Source of the DNA: a virus
Virus record (IMG/VR): IMGVR_UViG_3300020410_000948
Span: 1-64,000 of that record
DNA: 64,000 bases
Direction: 5' to 3' (one strand)
The position numbers were made by a program, and so were the translations under genes. Below are positions 1 to 8,702 of this stretch, in pieces. Within the stretch, counting starts at the first letter, position 1. Each line of letters opens with the position of its first letter. The notes under the pieces were generated by a model that was not told the origin of the DNA, searched no databases, and saw only the letters and a program-made list of their open reading frames with translations.

Positions 1-2
1 AT

Positions 3-854
3 GGCTCTGTCCTATCCCATCAACTCCGACGAAAAGATTTGGCGATCCCTCAATTTATCTCGGTGGGTGGAGGAAGTATGGGAGCAGGTTTTTTAGGAGC
101 TAAGTACAATCCTTTTGTTGTAAATAGCGATGGTAGAATTAGAAATCTAGACATGAAAGTAGACCAGAGATTCTACCAAAGAGCTTACGCCTTAGACGCT
201 ATTGAAAATAACTTTATAAACCAGAGAAGAGGTTCATTAGCAAAAGAACATCAGGCGATCCTTAAAGAGACGTTCAGCGTTCTAACAAGTGCTCAGATGG
301 ACGCGCTCAAAGTGGCTAGCGAGCCTGAAAATATAAAAGAAAGATACGGAGACAATAACTTTGGCAAGGGGTGCTTGATGGCACGGCGTTTAGTCGAAGC
401 AGGAGTACCATTTATTGAAGTTAATCTAGGTGGCTGGGATAATCACCAGAACATTTTCCCTACATTAAGAGATACGAAACTGCCCATGTTAGATCAAGGC
501 ATGAGCGCGCTGTATGAAGATTTAGAGCAGCGTGGGTTATTACAAGACACAGCGATTATTTGGATGGGTGAGTTCAGTAGGACTCCTCGTATCAACGGTA
601 ATGCTGGTCGTGACCACTGGGCGCGAAGTTGGAGTGTTGTTGTTGGCGGAGCTGGAATGAATGGCGGCATAGCCATTGGCGAAACAAACTCAGATGGTAC
701 TCGTGTTGAAACCGAACCATATACATCTCAGGATGTCATGGCTTCTGTTTGCAAAGCTCTTGGTATTTCTCTGGGAACTACGTTTACTAGCAACAGTGGT
801 AGACCTATGAAAATCGCCAACTCTGGTAAGGTTATAACCGAACTGTTTGGTTAA
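3..854 (+). CDS. DUF1501 domain protein (5'-truncated by window edge)
   Basis: Frame is open from base 3 (GSVLSHQL...). Motifs ERYGDNNFGKGCLMARRLVEAGVPFIEV, GGWDNH, DLEQRGLLQDT, GEFSRTPRIN and GRDHW are typical of DUF1501. Confidence 0.9.
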   Translation, partial: GSVLSHQLRRKDLAIPQFISVGGGSMGAGFLGAKYNPFVVNSDGRIRNLDMKVDQRFYQRAYALDAIENNFINQRRGSLAKEHQAILKETFSVLTSAQMDALKVASEPENIKERYGDNNFGKGCLMARRLVEAGVPFIEVNLGGWDNHQNIFPTLRDTKLPMLDQGMSALYEDLEQRGLLQDTAIIWMGEFSRTPRINGNAGRDHWARSWSVVVGGAGMNGGIAIGETNSDGTRVETEPYTSQDVMASVCKALGISLGTTFTSNSGRPMKIANSGKVITELFG

Positions 855-858
855 TACA

Positions 859-1155
859 ATGAAATTTTACAAGAACGCAGTTTATGTGCTTTTTTCGCTA
901 TCCTTACTCAATTTAGCGGGCTCTTTCTATATGTTTAAGCATATAATGGATAAGGAGCCATCAATAGAGGTCAAAATTCCGCTGGAAAAAGACCTTAGAG
1001 AATTGCCCCTGCATGCGAGGCTTAGAGATTCGCAGATAATGCAAGCAATCCTTATGACTCATCACCAACTTGGGATACATAAGCCCGGCTCTCAGCCGAT
1101 GTGCCCAATGTGTCAAGACTCAGAAACTAAAACCATAACAGTAGAGAATAATTAA
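859..1155 (+). CDS. hypothetical membrane-anchored protein with HH...H...CxxC motif
   Basis: ATG at 859; N-terminal hydrophobic helix; C-terminal HHQLGIH...CPMC; stop overlaps the phoH start (TAATG). Confidence 0.7.
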   Translation: MKFYKNAVYVLFSLSLLNLAGSFYMFKHIMDKEPSIEVKIPLEKDLRELPLHARLRDSQIMQAILMTHHQLGIHKPGSQPMCPMCQDSETKTITVENN

Positions 1156-1853
1156 TGGCAAGACAATCTAAGAAGAAGCCCACAACTAGACAGCGCCGAA
1201 AAATACTACGACCAAAGACCAGAAATCAAGAGGACTACATGGGTCATATCCATAAGTCTGATGTCACATTTTGTTCGGGGCCGGCAGGATCAGGAAAAAC
1301 AAGTGTCTCTGTTGGTATGGCGTGTGAATATCTAATCGAGAAGAGAGTAGACAAGATCATTATCACTAGGCCTGTTGTAGAGTCCGGTAGAGGTCTGGGA
1401 CATCTTCCGGGAACTTTAGTTGAAAAGATAAACCCATACTTAATACCTATACTAGAAGAGATGAACCAGTATCTCACAAAGAATACTGTTGAGGCATATA
1501 GAAATAAAAACATTATCGAACTTTGTCCTTTGGAATATATGAGGGGTAGAAACTTTCATAATTGTTTCATGATTCTTGACGAAGCACAGAACGCCACGTT
1601 CGAGCAGATTAAAATGTTTATTACTAGAATTGGTAAAGATTCAAAAGCGGTTATAAACGGAGACTTAAGACAGTCCGATTTAGGCAAGCAACAAGGAGGT
1701 TTGCATACCTGTATGGAAAAATTAGTTGAGGTCTCCGGTGTAGGAGTTTGTGAGCTTGACTATAGCGATATTGTGCGAAGCGATATTGTGTCAAAAATTC
1801 TAATTAGATTAAACAAGAAAGAAGATGATGATGAGCCAGTCAAATATTTTTAG
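1155..1853 (+). CDS. phoH: PhoH family ATPase
   Basis: GPAGSGKT Walker A, ITRPVVE, LGHLPG, YMRGRNF, ILDEAQN, GDLRQSD. Confidence 0.95.
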   Translation: MARQSKKKPTTRQRRKILRPKTRNQEDYMGHIHKSDVTFCSGPAGSGKTSVSVGMACEYLIEKRVDKIIITRPVVESGRGLGHLPGTLVEKINPYLIPILEEMNQYLTKNTVEAYRNKNIIELCPLEYMRGRNFHNCFMILDEAQNATFEQIKMFITRIGKDSKAVINGDLRQSDLGKQQGGLHTCMEKLVEVSGVGVCELDYSDIVRSDIVSKILIRLNKKEDDDEPVKYF

Positions 1854-2148
1854 AGGAGTGTTTCTAGCTGCTATTTTACTTATAGGAGCCAGAGCTGAAT
1901 ATAATAGCCATCAATTAGATAAAAGACTCAACCTTCTAGAGGACGGTGTGCTATTTAACCAACAAATACAAACTGATACATCTATGAAGCTTGAAACATT
2001 TTTGCAGGCTCTTTCTAATGAGCTTCCAATAGAGGTCGAGGCTTACGCTACTGAGGCCGCAGAAAGAGTAGCTAGAGAAACAACGATAAGCACACTGCAA
2101 CAATTCTCAGAAAATTTGAAGAAAATAGATGTCAAACTCGATAAGTGA
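1825..2148 (+). CDS. hypothetical protein, N-terminal TM/signal plus helical region
   Basis: 107 aa ORF with hydrophobic GVFLAAILLIGA, in operon context. Confidence 0.65.
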   Translation: MMMSQSNIFRGVFLAAILLIGARAEYNSHQLDKRLNLLEDGVLFNQQIQTDTSMKLETFLQALSNELPIEVEAYATEAAERVARETTISTLQQFSENLKKIDVKLDK

Positions 2149-2157
2149 TTCTATAAT
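2129..2157 (+). promoter_or_regulatory. putative sigma70-like promoter
   Basis: ATGTCA-17 bp-TATAAT in one of the few intergenic gaps, followed by an ATAGGAG RBS and the fmdB-like gene. Confidence 0.5.
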
Positions 2158-2184
2158 ATCATAGATTATTTATAGGAGTTATAC

Positions 2185-2526
2185 ATGCCGACATATGATT
2201 ATGAGTGCAGTGAGTGTGGTTATCACAAAGAAGTTTTTCAGAAGTTCTCTGAGAAGCCTCTTGTAAGGTGCCCAAAATGCAAAAAGCACAAATTCAGAAG
2301 AGTAATCCTGAGCGCTCCTCATGTTTCCGTCAAGGGTGAACCGACTACAATTCAGCATTTAGCTGACCGCAACACTCAAAAACTTGGCAGGTATGAGCTT
2401 GAATCTAAAATGCAGGCTGACAACATGGACAAGGTTAAGAAAGACCGAGAAGTCAATCAACGAAGAAACAAAATAAACAAGATGACACCGACCCAAAAGA
2501 AAAAATATATAGAGAAAGGCGAATAA
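2185..2526 (+). CDS. FmdB-family zinc-ribbon protein
   Basis: MPTYDYECSECG...CPKC signature; AGGAG RBS. Confidence 0.85.
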   Translation: MPTYDYECSECGYHKEVFQKFSEKPLVRCPKCKKHKFRRVILSAPHVSVKGEPTTIQHLADRNTQKLGRYELESKMQADNMDKVKKDREVNQRRNKINKMTPTQKKKYIEKGE

Positions 2527-2750
2527 TGTCTAAGGTTATACGAGCAGAACAACCACATAAAGCTAGAATTAGATTCGCTATAGACATCTTCCCTATGGGT
2601 CAAGACGGCTCATTGCACCCAACTCCCGTCAGCGCTGAAGAATTGACAAAATATGGAATTACAGACTTTGCTGAAATTTTCGTAGACGGAATCGACAAAC
2701 ATAATTGTATTAAAAACCTTATTTCTAAATTGGAGAGCTTAAATGGCTAG
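2526..2750 (+). CDS. hypothetical protein
   Basis: 74 aa, TAATG-coupled to the upstream gene. Confidence 0.65.
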   Translation: MSKVIRAEQPHKARIRFAIDIFPMGQDGSLHPTPVSAEELTKYGITDFAEIFVDGIDKHNCIKNLISKLESLNG

Positions 2751-3078
2751 ATGGGAACATGAAGACGTTAGCAATCTAGATCTGCCAGATCCAGATAGGA
2801 TAACTCATACTTATTATGGATCGGATGCGTCTGAAACTGCAGAAGATTCGGCATTTGCTAAGCTTGCTAACAACAAGGGATTTAAAACATACTATATTAA
2901 ATACGGGAGAGGTGATTTGTTTGATCCGCTAGGAGCAGACAAAGGAAAGCATAATCGTCCATACTTTACATTTAGGAAAGTAGACGAAAAAGTTTTTGCT
3001 TATTATATGGAATATCTCTCTACGTTGGACAGGATTTTTTTGACAAGAGCTCGCAGAGCATTAATGGAGAATAGTTAA
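2743..3078 (+). CDS. hypothetical protein
   Basis: 111 aa, GGAG RBS, operon context. Confidence 0.7.
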   Translation: MARWEHEDVSNLDLPDPDRITHTYYGSDASETAEDSAFAKLANNKGFKTYYIKYGRGDLFDPLGADKGKHNRPYFTFRKVDEKVFAYYMEYLSTLDRIFLTRARRALMENS

Positions 3079-3417
3079 ATGACTAAGACAGGCCCACTTT
3101 CTAAAGAAGAAAAGACTTATATTGAGGACAACAAAGACAAGAGCGCAGACTCTATCGCTAAAGATTTAGATAGATCTGAGAACATTGTCAACAAACACCT
3201 TACGACAGTCAAGCCCGAGCAGGAAGGTACTGAAGAGGGAGAAGAATGGTCTCCTCCTAAAGCAGGCGAACAGTTTGCTCGTAACGAAAAGTATGGAGCT
3301 ACAGTGATGACTGAAAGTGCTTCTATGACTGGCGACGAAAATAAACAGAAAACTCCTAGAGCTGTACCAGACCGAATGAAAGATTATATCTGTGAGATCA
3401 AGAGGGATGAAAAATGA
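3079..3417 (+). CDS. hypothetical protein with N-terminal HTH-like motif
   Basis: LSKEEKTYIEDN...SIAKDLDRSENIVNKHL resembles a helix-turn-helix; GGAG RBS. Confidence 0.6.
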   Translation: MTKTGPLSKEEKTYIEDNKDKSADSIAKDLDRSENIVNKHLTTVKPEQEGTEEGEEWSPPKAGEQFARNEKYGATVMTESASMTGDENKQKTPRAVPDRMKDYICEIKRDEK

Positions 3418-3923
3418 TATGCACCGTCAGAGATGACTACATAAGAAAACTAATTATGGAAGATATTTCCATGACTTGGAAGTGTACTCTAGACGATGGT
3501 ACTGTTGTTTGGGGTGACTATGAAAGGCCCGGCCTTAACCTAAGTCCTTGGGTTAGATTAAGGGAGTACTGTGAGGAATCCGGTAGAAATATAGTTAAAA
3601 TTCAGTCTATAGTCATAGGCGCACCAGAAGAGGTCGTATATGAAGACGAAAACGGTCTTGACGGTGTGTTCATTGCTAGAGGTTATTCCAAGGATATAGA
3701 TATGGCTACAGGCGATGGGCCTTCTTATCAGCATATGACGTTTGGTTTGTTGAATGAAAATTTAAATCAAGTTGATATTAAGAAGTATAGCTGGCCTGAA
3801 TGTGAATTTGTTGATTTCGTTCAGACTAGAAATGTTACACAAGAAAACCTTTCTTTTATGATTTGGCGAAATGGCGAAACAAAGAAGTCAAACGAGCAAA
3901 TTCAAGTCACCCTCAACGGGTGA
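3414..3923 (+). CDS. hypothetical protein
   Basis: 169 aa, ATGA overlap with the upstream gene. Confidence 0.7.
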   Translation: MICTVRDDYIRKLIMEDISMTWKCTLDDGTVVWGDYERPGLNLSPWVRLREYCEESGRNIVKIQSIVIGAPEEVVYEDENGLDGVFIARGYSKDIDMATGDGPSYQHMTFGLLNENLNQVDIKKYSWPECEFVDFVQTRNVTQENLSFMIWRNGETKKSNEQIQVTLNG

Positions 3924-4323
3924 ATATTGTACAGTAGCTCAATACATTGCAGAAATACTCATACAGCGTAAAGCAGAGTCCGAAAACAAAGGGTCTCTTG
4001 CGTATAAGTTTTGGAACAAAACCCAAAAAGCGGCTTACACTAGACAGGTACAGTCTGTTAGTAAGCTGATATCTGAATTTGGTGAGCGTGCAGTTTTTGA
4101 TTATATAGTAAACAAAAACAAAAAGGTTTATTCTGCAATGCCAAAGTGGGTGAAAGAGGCAGTCGAAAAGCACGCATATTTTCTCAGCAAGAAAAAAGAG
4201 GTTATCAAACAACCTAAGCAGATCCGCAAGGAAAGCGTGAACTCCAAACCCAGAAAAACATATGGAAAGAAAACACTTTTTTCAAAATTAAGGAGCTCTA
4301 ATGGCAAGAGTAAAGAAGAATGA
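3871..4323 (+). CDS. hypothetical basic protein
   Basis: 150 aa Lys-rich ORF directly before recA. Confidence 0.7.
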   Translation: MAKQRSQTSKFKSPSTGEYCTVAQYIAEILIQRKAESENKGSLAYKFWNKTQKAAYTRQVQSVSKLISEFGERAVFDYIVNKNKKVYSAMPKWVKEAVEKHAYFLSKKKEVIKQPKQIRKESVNSKPRKTYGKKTLFSKLRSSNGKSKEE

Positions 4324-5365
4324 TCCTGCGTTTGTCAAGGATATTATTAAGAAATATGGAAATGTTATCTCTACTGGTAATGAAATTTTAGAGCGCCGAA
4401 AAGATTACAAAGTCGTAACTGTTAGCCCTGCGATTGATTTAGCTCTTAACGGAGGTATAAAAGAAGGCTCTTGGGTTATCTTGACGGGCGATCCTAAATG
4501 TGGCAAAACCACTACTGCGTTGCAAATTGCTGCAAACTGCCAAAAAGAAGGACGGCCAATTATTTATCTTGATGCCGAAGGTAGACTCAAAGAAATGAAT
4601 CTGCTTGGAGTCGATGGTCTTGATAAAGAAAAGATGCAAATCATTCACTCGGAAGATGAACCACTCAGTGCGGAAGCATTTTTAGATATTGCCGTCAAGC
4701 TAGTCAGTGCAAAAGAGAATGAAGGCTGTGTCTGCATTATTGATTCTACATCATCACTCATGCCAGCGAAAGAGCTTGATGGAGATATGACTCCCGGACG
4801 AGCGGGTCTACCAAAGATTCTTTCTGTATTCTGTAAAAAGATGGGACAGATTGTTCCAAACCAGCGAGCCACTTTGATTATTATCACACACTTCATTGCT
4901 AATACTTCAGGGTATGGCGCATCAAGAATGCCGGACTGTGGACGTAAAATCCAATATCAGGCCGATACACGAATGGAAGTTAAGTCAATCAGTCCTTGGG
5001 TTCAAGGAGATCGTCAAGTTGGTCAAGCTGTTAATTGGAAAGTTGTATGTTCCTCTATGGGATCTCCGGGAACAGAGTGCCAAAGCTGGGTCAGATATGG
5101 GCACGGGATCGACAAAGTTCAAGAGTTAATTATGTTAGGTCTAGATCTAGGTCTTATCGGAAAAGCAGGTGCTTGGCTGACTTGTGAGTTTATGTTAGGT
5201 CACACAGGCATCGTAAAGGAAATAAAGCCCGAAGTGAATATAGAAGACACAGAAGCTGTGCTTAAGTCTGTTAAATTTCAAGGGCAGGAAAAGCTATACA
5301 ATTTCTTTTTATCGAATGATAAAGTAGTTGATATTCTAGAAAAAGAGATAAGGTTAATGCTTTAA
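4301..5365 (+). CDS. recA: RecA/UvsX-like recombinase
   Basis: SPAIDLALNGGI, Walker A GDPKCGKTT, YLDAE, Walker B CIIDS, GIDK...LGLIGKAGAW; AGGAG RBS. Confidence 0.9.
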   Translation: MARVKKNDPAFVKDIIKKYGNVISTGNEILERRKDYKVVTVSPAIDLALNGGIKEGSWVILTGDPKCGKTTTALQIAANCQKEGRPIIYLDAEGRLKEMNLLGVDGLDKEKMQIIHSEDEPLSAEAFLDIAVKLVSAKENEGCVCIIDSTSSLMPAKELDGDMTPGRAGLPKILSVFCKKMGQIVPNQRATLIIITHFIANTSGYGASRMPDCGRKIQYQADTRMEVKSISPWVQGDRQVGQAVNWKVVCSSMGSPGTECQSWVRYGHGIDKVQELIMLGLDLGLIGKAGAWLTCEFMLGHTGIVKEIKPEVNIEDTEAVLKSVKFQGQEKLYNFFLSNDKVVDILEKEIRLML

Positions 5366-6330
5366 TGTATATAGAGCAACACTGCAAAATTAACGAAGAA
5401 AACAAAGTACATAGCCCAATAGATATTGTAGATGATACAATAACTAGATGTTTTTTCGGCTTGCGCGGTGGTCATGTTTCTGGGGATAGTGATGTATTTC
5501 GTACATGTCTCACTAGAGTACTAGGCTTAAGTTTGAAAGGACTTAAGAACGCATGTAAATTAAATAATATCTGCTTTAATGATCTGCCAAGAGAAAACCT
5601 AATCGTATTTTGCGATGATTTTTCCGCTCATTTTGACATGAGAGGTTATCACAGGGCTTCCAAAAGCCGAAGAGGTACTAGACTTGAAAATCATTACTGG
5701 TTTGGCACCGACTTTGATAGATGGGCTCCTATTGATTTGGATTCACTTTTTTCTCATTTTGACAATATATTCGTAACCAACCTGAAGTCACCAATAGTTT
5801 CTTCTTCTATCGGTAAGCAGCTATATCCTATTCCTATTGGGCCATTTCCTGACACGGACTCACATTCCAATTTGGTGCCATCAGAAAATAAACGCCATTT
5901 AGTGCTCTCAAGTTTTGATATTACACATCATAATAGAGAAGATCTAAACAATGCAATTCAACATCTTGATTATGTAACACGCTTCCCGCCAACCAGTCTC
6001 CCTAGCAGGACAGATTTTTATGCGATGTTATCAGAGCACCGATTTTCTATCTGCCCAGAAGGAAACGCTTGCGATACATTCAGGACTTGGGAGTCAATAC
6101 TGTGCAACTGTGTGCCGATAGTGCAGCCCAGCTTCTGCATGGATATATTTTCTAAAATTTGGCCAATGATAAAGATGGACTTATACAAATTTGACGAGAA
6201 GCTTCTTATCAAAATGTGCAAGTTCCTTATGAAGAATCCCAACTTTCAATACGCCGATACGGAACTCTTGAAACAAGAAAATATTTCAGCGCTCATCAAA
6301 AGGATAAAATATGAATGTGACAGGACTTGA
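5365..6330 (+). CDS. exostosin (GT47)-like glycosyltransferase
   Basis: C-terminal FSICPEGNACDTFRTWESILCNCVPIV motif, shared with 30089-30853. Confidence 0.7.
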   Translation: MYIEQHCKINEENKVHSPIDIVDDTITRCFFGLRGGHVSGDSDVFRTCLTRVLGLSLKGLKNACKLNNICFNDLPRENLIVFCDDFSAHFDMRGYHRASKSRRGTRLENHYWFGTDFDRWAPIDLDSLFSHFDNIFVTNLKSPIVSSSIGKQLYPIPIGPFPDTDSHSNLVPSENKRHLVLSSFDITHHNREDLNNAIQHLDYVTRFPPTSLPSRTDFYAMLSEHRFSICPEGNACDTFRTWESILCNCVPIVQPSFCMDIFSKIWPMIKMDLYKFDEKLLIKMCKFLMKNPNFQYADTELLKQENISALIKRIKYECDRT

Positions 6331-6724
6331 TGGAAAGGTTTGGGTTTGGAATCCAACGAGAAGCCAAGCATCAGTCGATGAAAAAAATAGATCTTCTTTT
6401 CATAAAAAAGCAAAAATATTGTTGAAAGAGATCTATCCGTATGATAGAATTTTGCAAGAAGTCACTCTTCCGGGCACAAAAACTGGGTCAAGGAAAACAC
6501 TTCTTTATGCAGACTTATATATACCAAACAGAGACTTAATGGTAGAGGTGCATGGACAACAGCACTATGAATTTAATTCGTTTTTTCACAAGGATAAGAT
6601 GGCTTTCTTTAAAGCAAAGGCTAGAGACAACGACAAAAAGGCTTGGTGTGAGTTAAACCATATAACTTTAATTGTATTGTCGCACAGCGAGTCCATAGAA
6701 GAGTGGAGGAGTAAATTTGACTAA
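6311..6724 (+). CDS. PD-(D/E)XK endonuclease, DUF559/Vsr-like
   Basis: ADLYIP...MVEVHGQQHY...RDNDKKAWCELNHITLI. Confidence 0.75.
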   Translation: MNVTGLDGKVWVWNPTRSQASVDEKNRSSFHKKAKILLKEIYPYDRILQEVTLPGTKTGSRKTLLYADLYIPNRDLMVEVHGQQHYEFNSFFHKDKMAFFKAKARDNDKKAWCELNHITLIVLSHSESIEEWRSKFD

Positions 6725-7184
6725 CGAACAAAAACTTACTGAATTTTTAAACAATGTAGATGATTGGATTAAAGATAGACATGCCGACTTGGTTGATGTA
6801 AATGAAGAAGTTAAGGAAATAATGAGCTTAACATCGGAGCAGGTACAGGACTTAGATCCTCAGACAGCACTTTCTCATAGCTTTGTTCTTTTTGCGCATG
6901 CAGAATATCTACAAACATTACATAATAAAGAGAGAACTGTTCTAGATTTTTCCGCTAACAGTATTTGGTTTATCATAGCCGACAAGATGGATAACTATGG
7001 TGGCCAATACGCAAAGTGGGAAGTTAGATATCACTCCGCAATTAAAGAGAACCCGCTAGCATCTGAATTGTATAGGCTTAAACTAGCTGCGGAGGCTAGA
7101 TTAAACCGCCTACAATCAAAGTCCGACAACACTAGAAGAATGGCTTCTGTTTTACAAGAGATAGGCAAAAGAAGAGGATACTAA
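6717..7184 (+). CDS. helical protein, possible UvsY-like recombination mediator
   Basis: 155 aa, all-helical/coiled-coil character, close to recA. The function is inferred from size and context only. Confidence 0.45.
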   Translation: MTNEQKLTEFLNNVDDWIKDRHADLVDVNEEVKEIMSLTSEQVQDLDPQTALSHSFVLFAHAEYLQTLHNKERTVLDFSANSIWFIIADKMDNYGGQYAKWEVRYHSAIKENPLASELYRLKLAAEARLNRLQSKSDNTRRMASVLQEIGKRRGY

Positions 7185-7624
7185 TGAGTATTATAGATAC
7201 CGCAAAAAAGCTATTACAAAAAGCTATTGAGTTAAACGATGATGAATTAATTAAAATGGCTAATGCTCTATTGGAAGATGAGGTTGACGCTATAGTCAAA
7301 AACGTTTCATTGCCAGAGCCTGAACCACAAGTTGAGGTTTCAGATACACGGGTTGATCCGTCCCAGTTTACTGTAGAAAAGAGGTCTTTTAAGAAGAAAT
7401 CTCAGGCTGTAAATGAAGTCTCTCGTGGAGACAATCTTTTTGTTGATGATGGAACTGAGCATACTGATATAGACACTCCTGATTTTGTACCAACACAAAG
7501 AAGAGGAGCTGCCCGAAGTGTTATGCAAACATGTGAGGAGTGTGGTAAGAAGTTCAAAGTACCTAAAGTTCACACTAGAGAGTTTTTTGTATGTGACACT
7601 TGTTTAAACAATAGGATTAGATAA
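7184..7624 (+). CDS. hypothetical protein with C-terminal zinc ribbon
   Basis: CEECG...CDTC; GAGGA RBS. Confidence 0.7.
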   Translation: MSIIDTAKKLLQKAIELNDDELIKMANALLEDEVDAIVKNVSLPEPEPQVEVSDTRVDPSQFTVEKRSFKKKSQAVNEVSRGDNLFVDDGTEHTDIDTPDFVPTQRRGAARSVMQTCEECGKKFKVPKVHTREFFVCDTCLNNRIR

Positions 7625-8046
7625 TGATAAAAGTTAAGTTGTTAAGCGAAGAGGCTAAAGTGCCAACCAAATCACACAAGTCTGATGCTGGTTGGGATCT
7701 GTATGCTTCCGGCACATCACAACCAGTTTATCCGCATAAAAGAAGACTAATATCCACAGATATATCTTTGGCTATTCCTGAAGGTTATTGCGGCCTTATT
7801 TGGCCAAGGTCTGGCTTGTCAGTCAAAAGCGGAATTGATGTTCTTGCTGGTGTAATTGATTCCGGCTACAGGGGCGAGATAAAAGTCTGTTTATTTAACA
7901 CATCAGATACGGTAGTACATATCCATCCGGGGGATAGAATCGCACAGTTAATTATACAAAAAGTTGAAGATATTGAATTTTTAGAAGCTGAAAGTCTAGA
8001 TGATACTGATCGTGCAGATGGTGGCTTCGGGAGTACAGGAAGATAA
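7624..8046 (+). CDS. dut: trimeric dUTPase
   Basis: AGWDL, PRSGL, GVIDSGYRGEI, GDRIAQL and RADGGFGSTG motifs. Confidence 0.96.
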   Translation: MIKVKLLSEEAKVPTKSHKSDAGWDLYASGTSQPVYPHKRRLISTDISLAIPEGYCGLIWPRSGLSVKSGIDVLAGVIDSGYRGEIKVCLFNTSDTVVHIHPGDRIAQLIIQKVEDIEFLEAESLDDTDRADGGFGSTGR

Positions 8047-8436
8047 ATGCCTTTATTTAACAAGAAAGAATACAGCATTCTAGAAAAAGACGGCTTATTC
8101 GTTGTCTATGAAAAAATAGAAAGTGAAGATGGAAGTTACAGCAACAAAAAGCTAGCATCCTACAACACTGAAAAGGACGCCGAGAACTCTATTAAGTCAA
8201 AGAAAGAACTTAAAAAAGAGGATAGGCAAGAACGTAGAGAGGAAAGGGTTGAAGAAAGACGATCATACCGTTTAGAACGGCTGTCTGCAATAAAAGATAA
8301 ATTTTATGCAGTCGCAGCTAAAAGAAAATGGTTGTTTTTTATCATTGCAGGTGCTATAGTAGCATACCTAGTAATCTCCAAGGGCGGACTTGGAGGAGGT
8401 GATATTTTAACAAAGATCAAAGGATTTTTTGGATAA
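8047..8436 (+). CDS. hypothetical membrane protein
   Basis: Charged coiled region followed by TM helix WLFFIIAGAIVAYLVI. Confidence 0.7.
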   Translation: MPLFNKKEYSILEKDGLFVVYEKIESEDGSYSNKKLASYNTEKDAENSIKSKKELKKEDRQERREERVEERRSYRLERLSAIKDKFYAVAAKRKWLFFIIAGAIVAYLVISKGGLGGGDILTKIKGFFG

Positions 8437-8534
8437 TGAAAAAAGCAATTACTGTAGAGTGGAAAGATTTTTTACTGGGCGTGTTTATGAGCGCAACTAT
8501 TTGTATGGGCTTCTACATCTTTAGAGGGATGTAA
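8436..8534 (+). CDS. small membrane protein (32 aa, not in ORF track)
   Basis: MKKAITVEWKDFLLGVFMSATICMGFYIFRGM; TAATG-coupled to the upstream stop. Confidence 0.6.
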   Translation: MKKAITVEWKDFLLGVFMSATICMGFYIFRGM

Positions 8535-8702
8535 ATGAACTTTGGGATGCTTGCAATCACTACAGCTTCGCTAATGTACTTAGTTGTATGTATTTCCTGT
8601 ATAAAACAAAAAGATTATCCACACGCACTGATGTGGTTTTCTTATGCTATGGCTAACATTGGATTATTATGGTACGAAATAAAGAAAACAAGCGGAAATT
8701 AG
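8535..8702 (+). CDS. small two-TM protein (55 aa, not in ORF track)
   Basis: MNFGMLAITTASLMYLVVCISCIKQKDYPHALMWFSYAMANIGLLWYEIKKTSGN; starts immediately after the previous TAA, with GAGGG upstream. Confidence 0.65.
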   Translation: MNFGMLAITTASLMYLVVCISCIKQKDYPHALMWFSYAMANIGLLWYEIKKTSGN

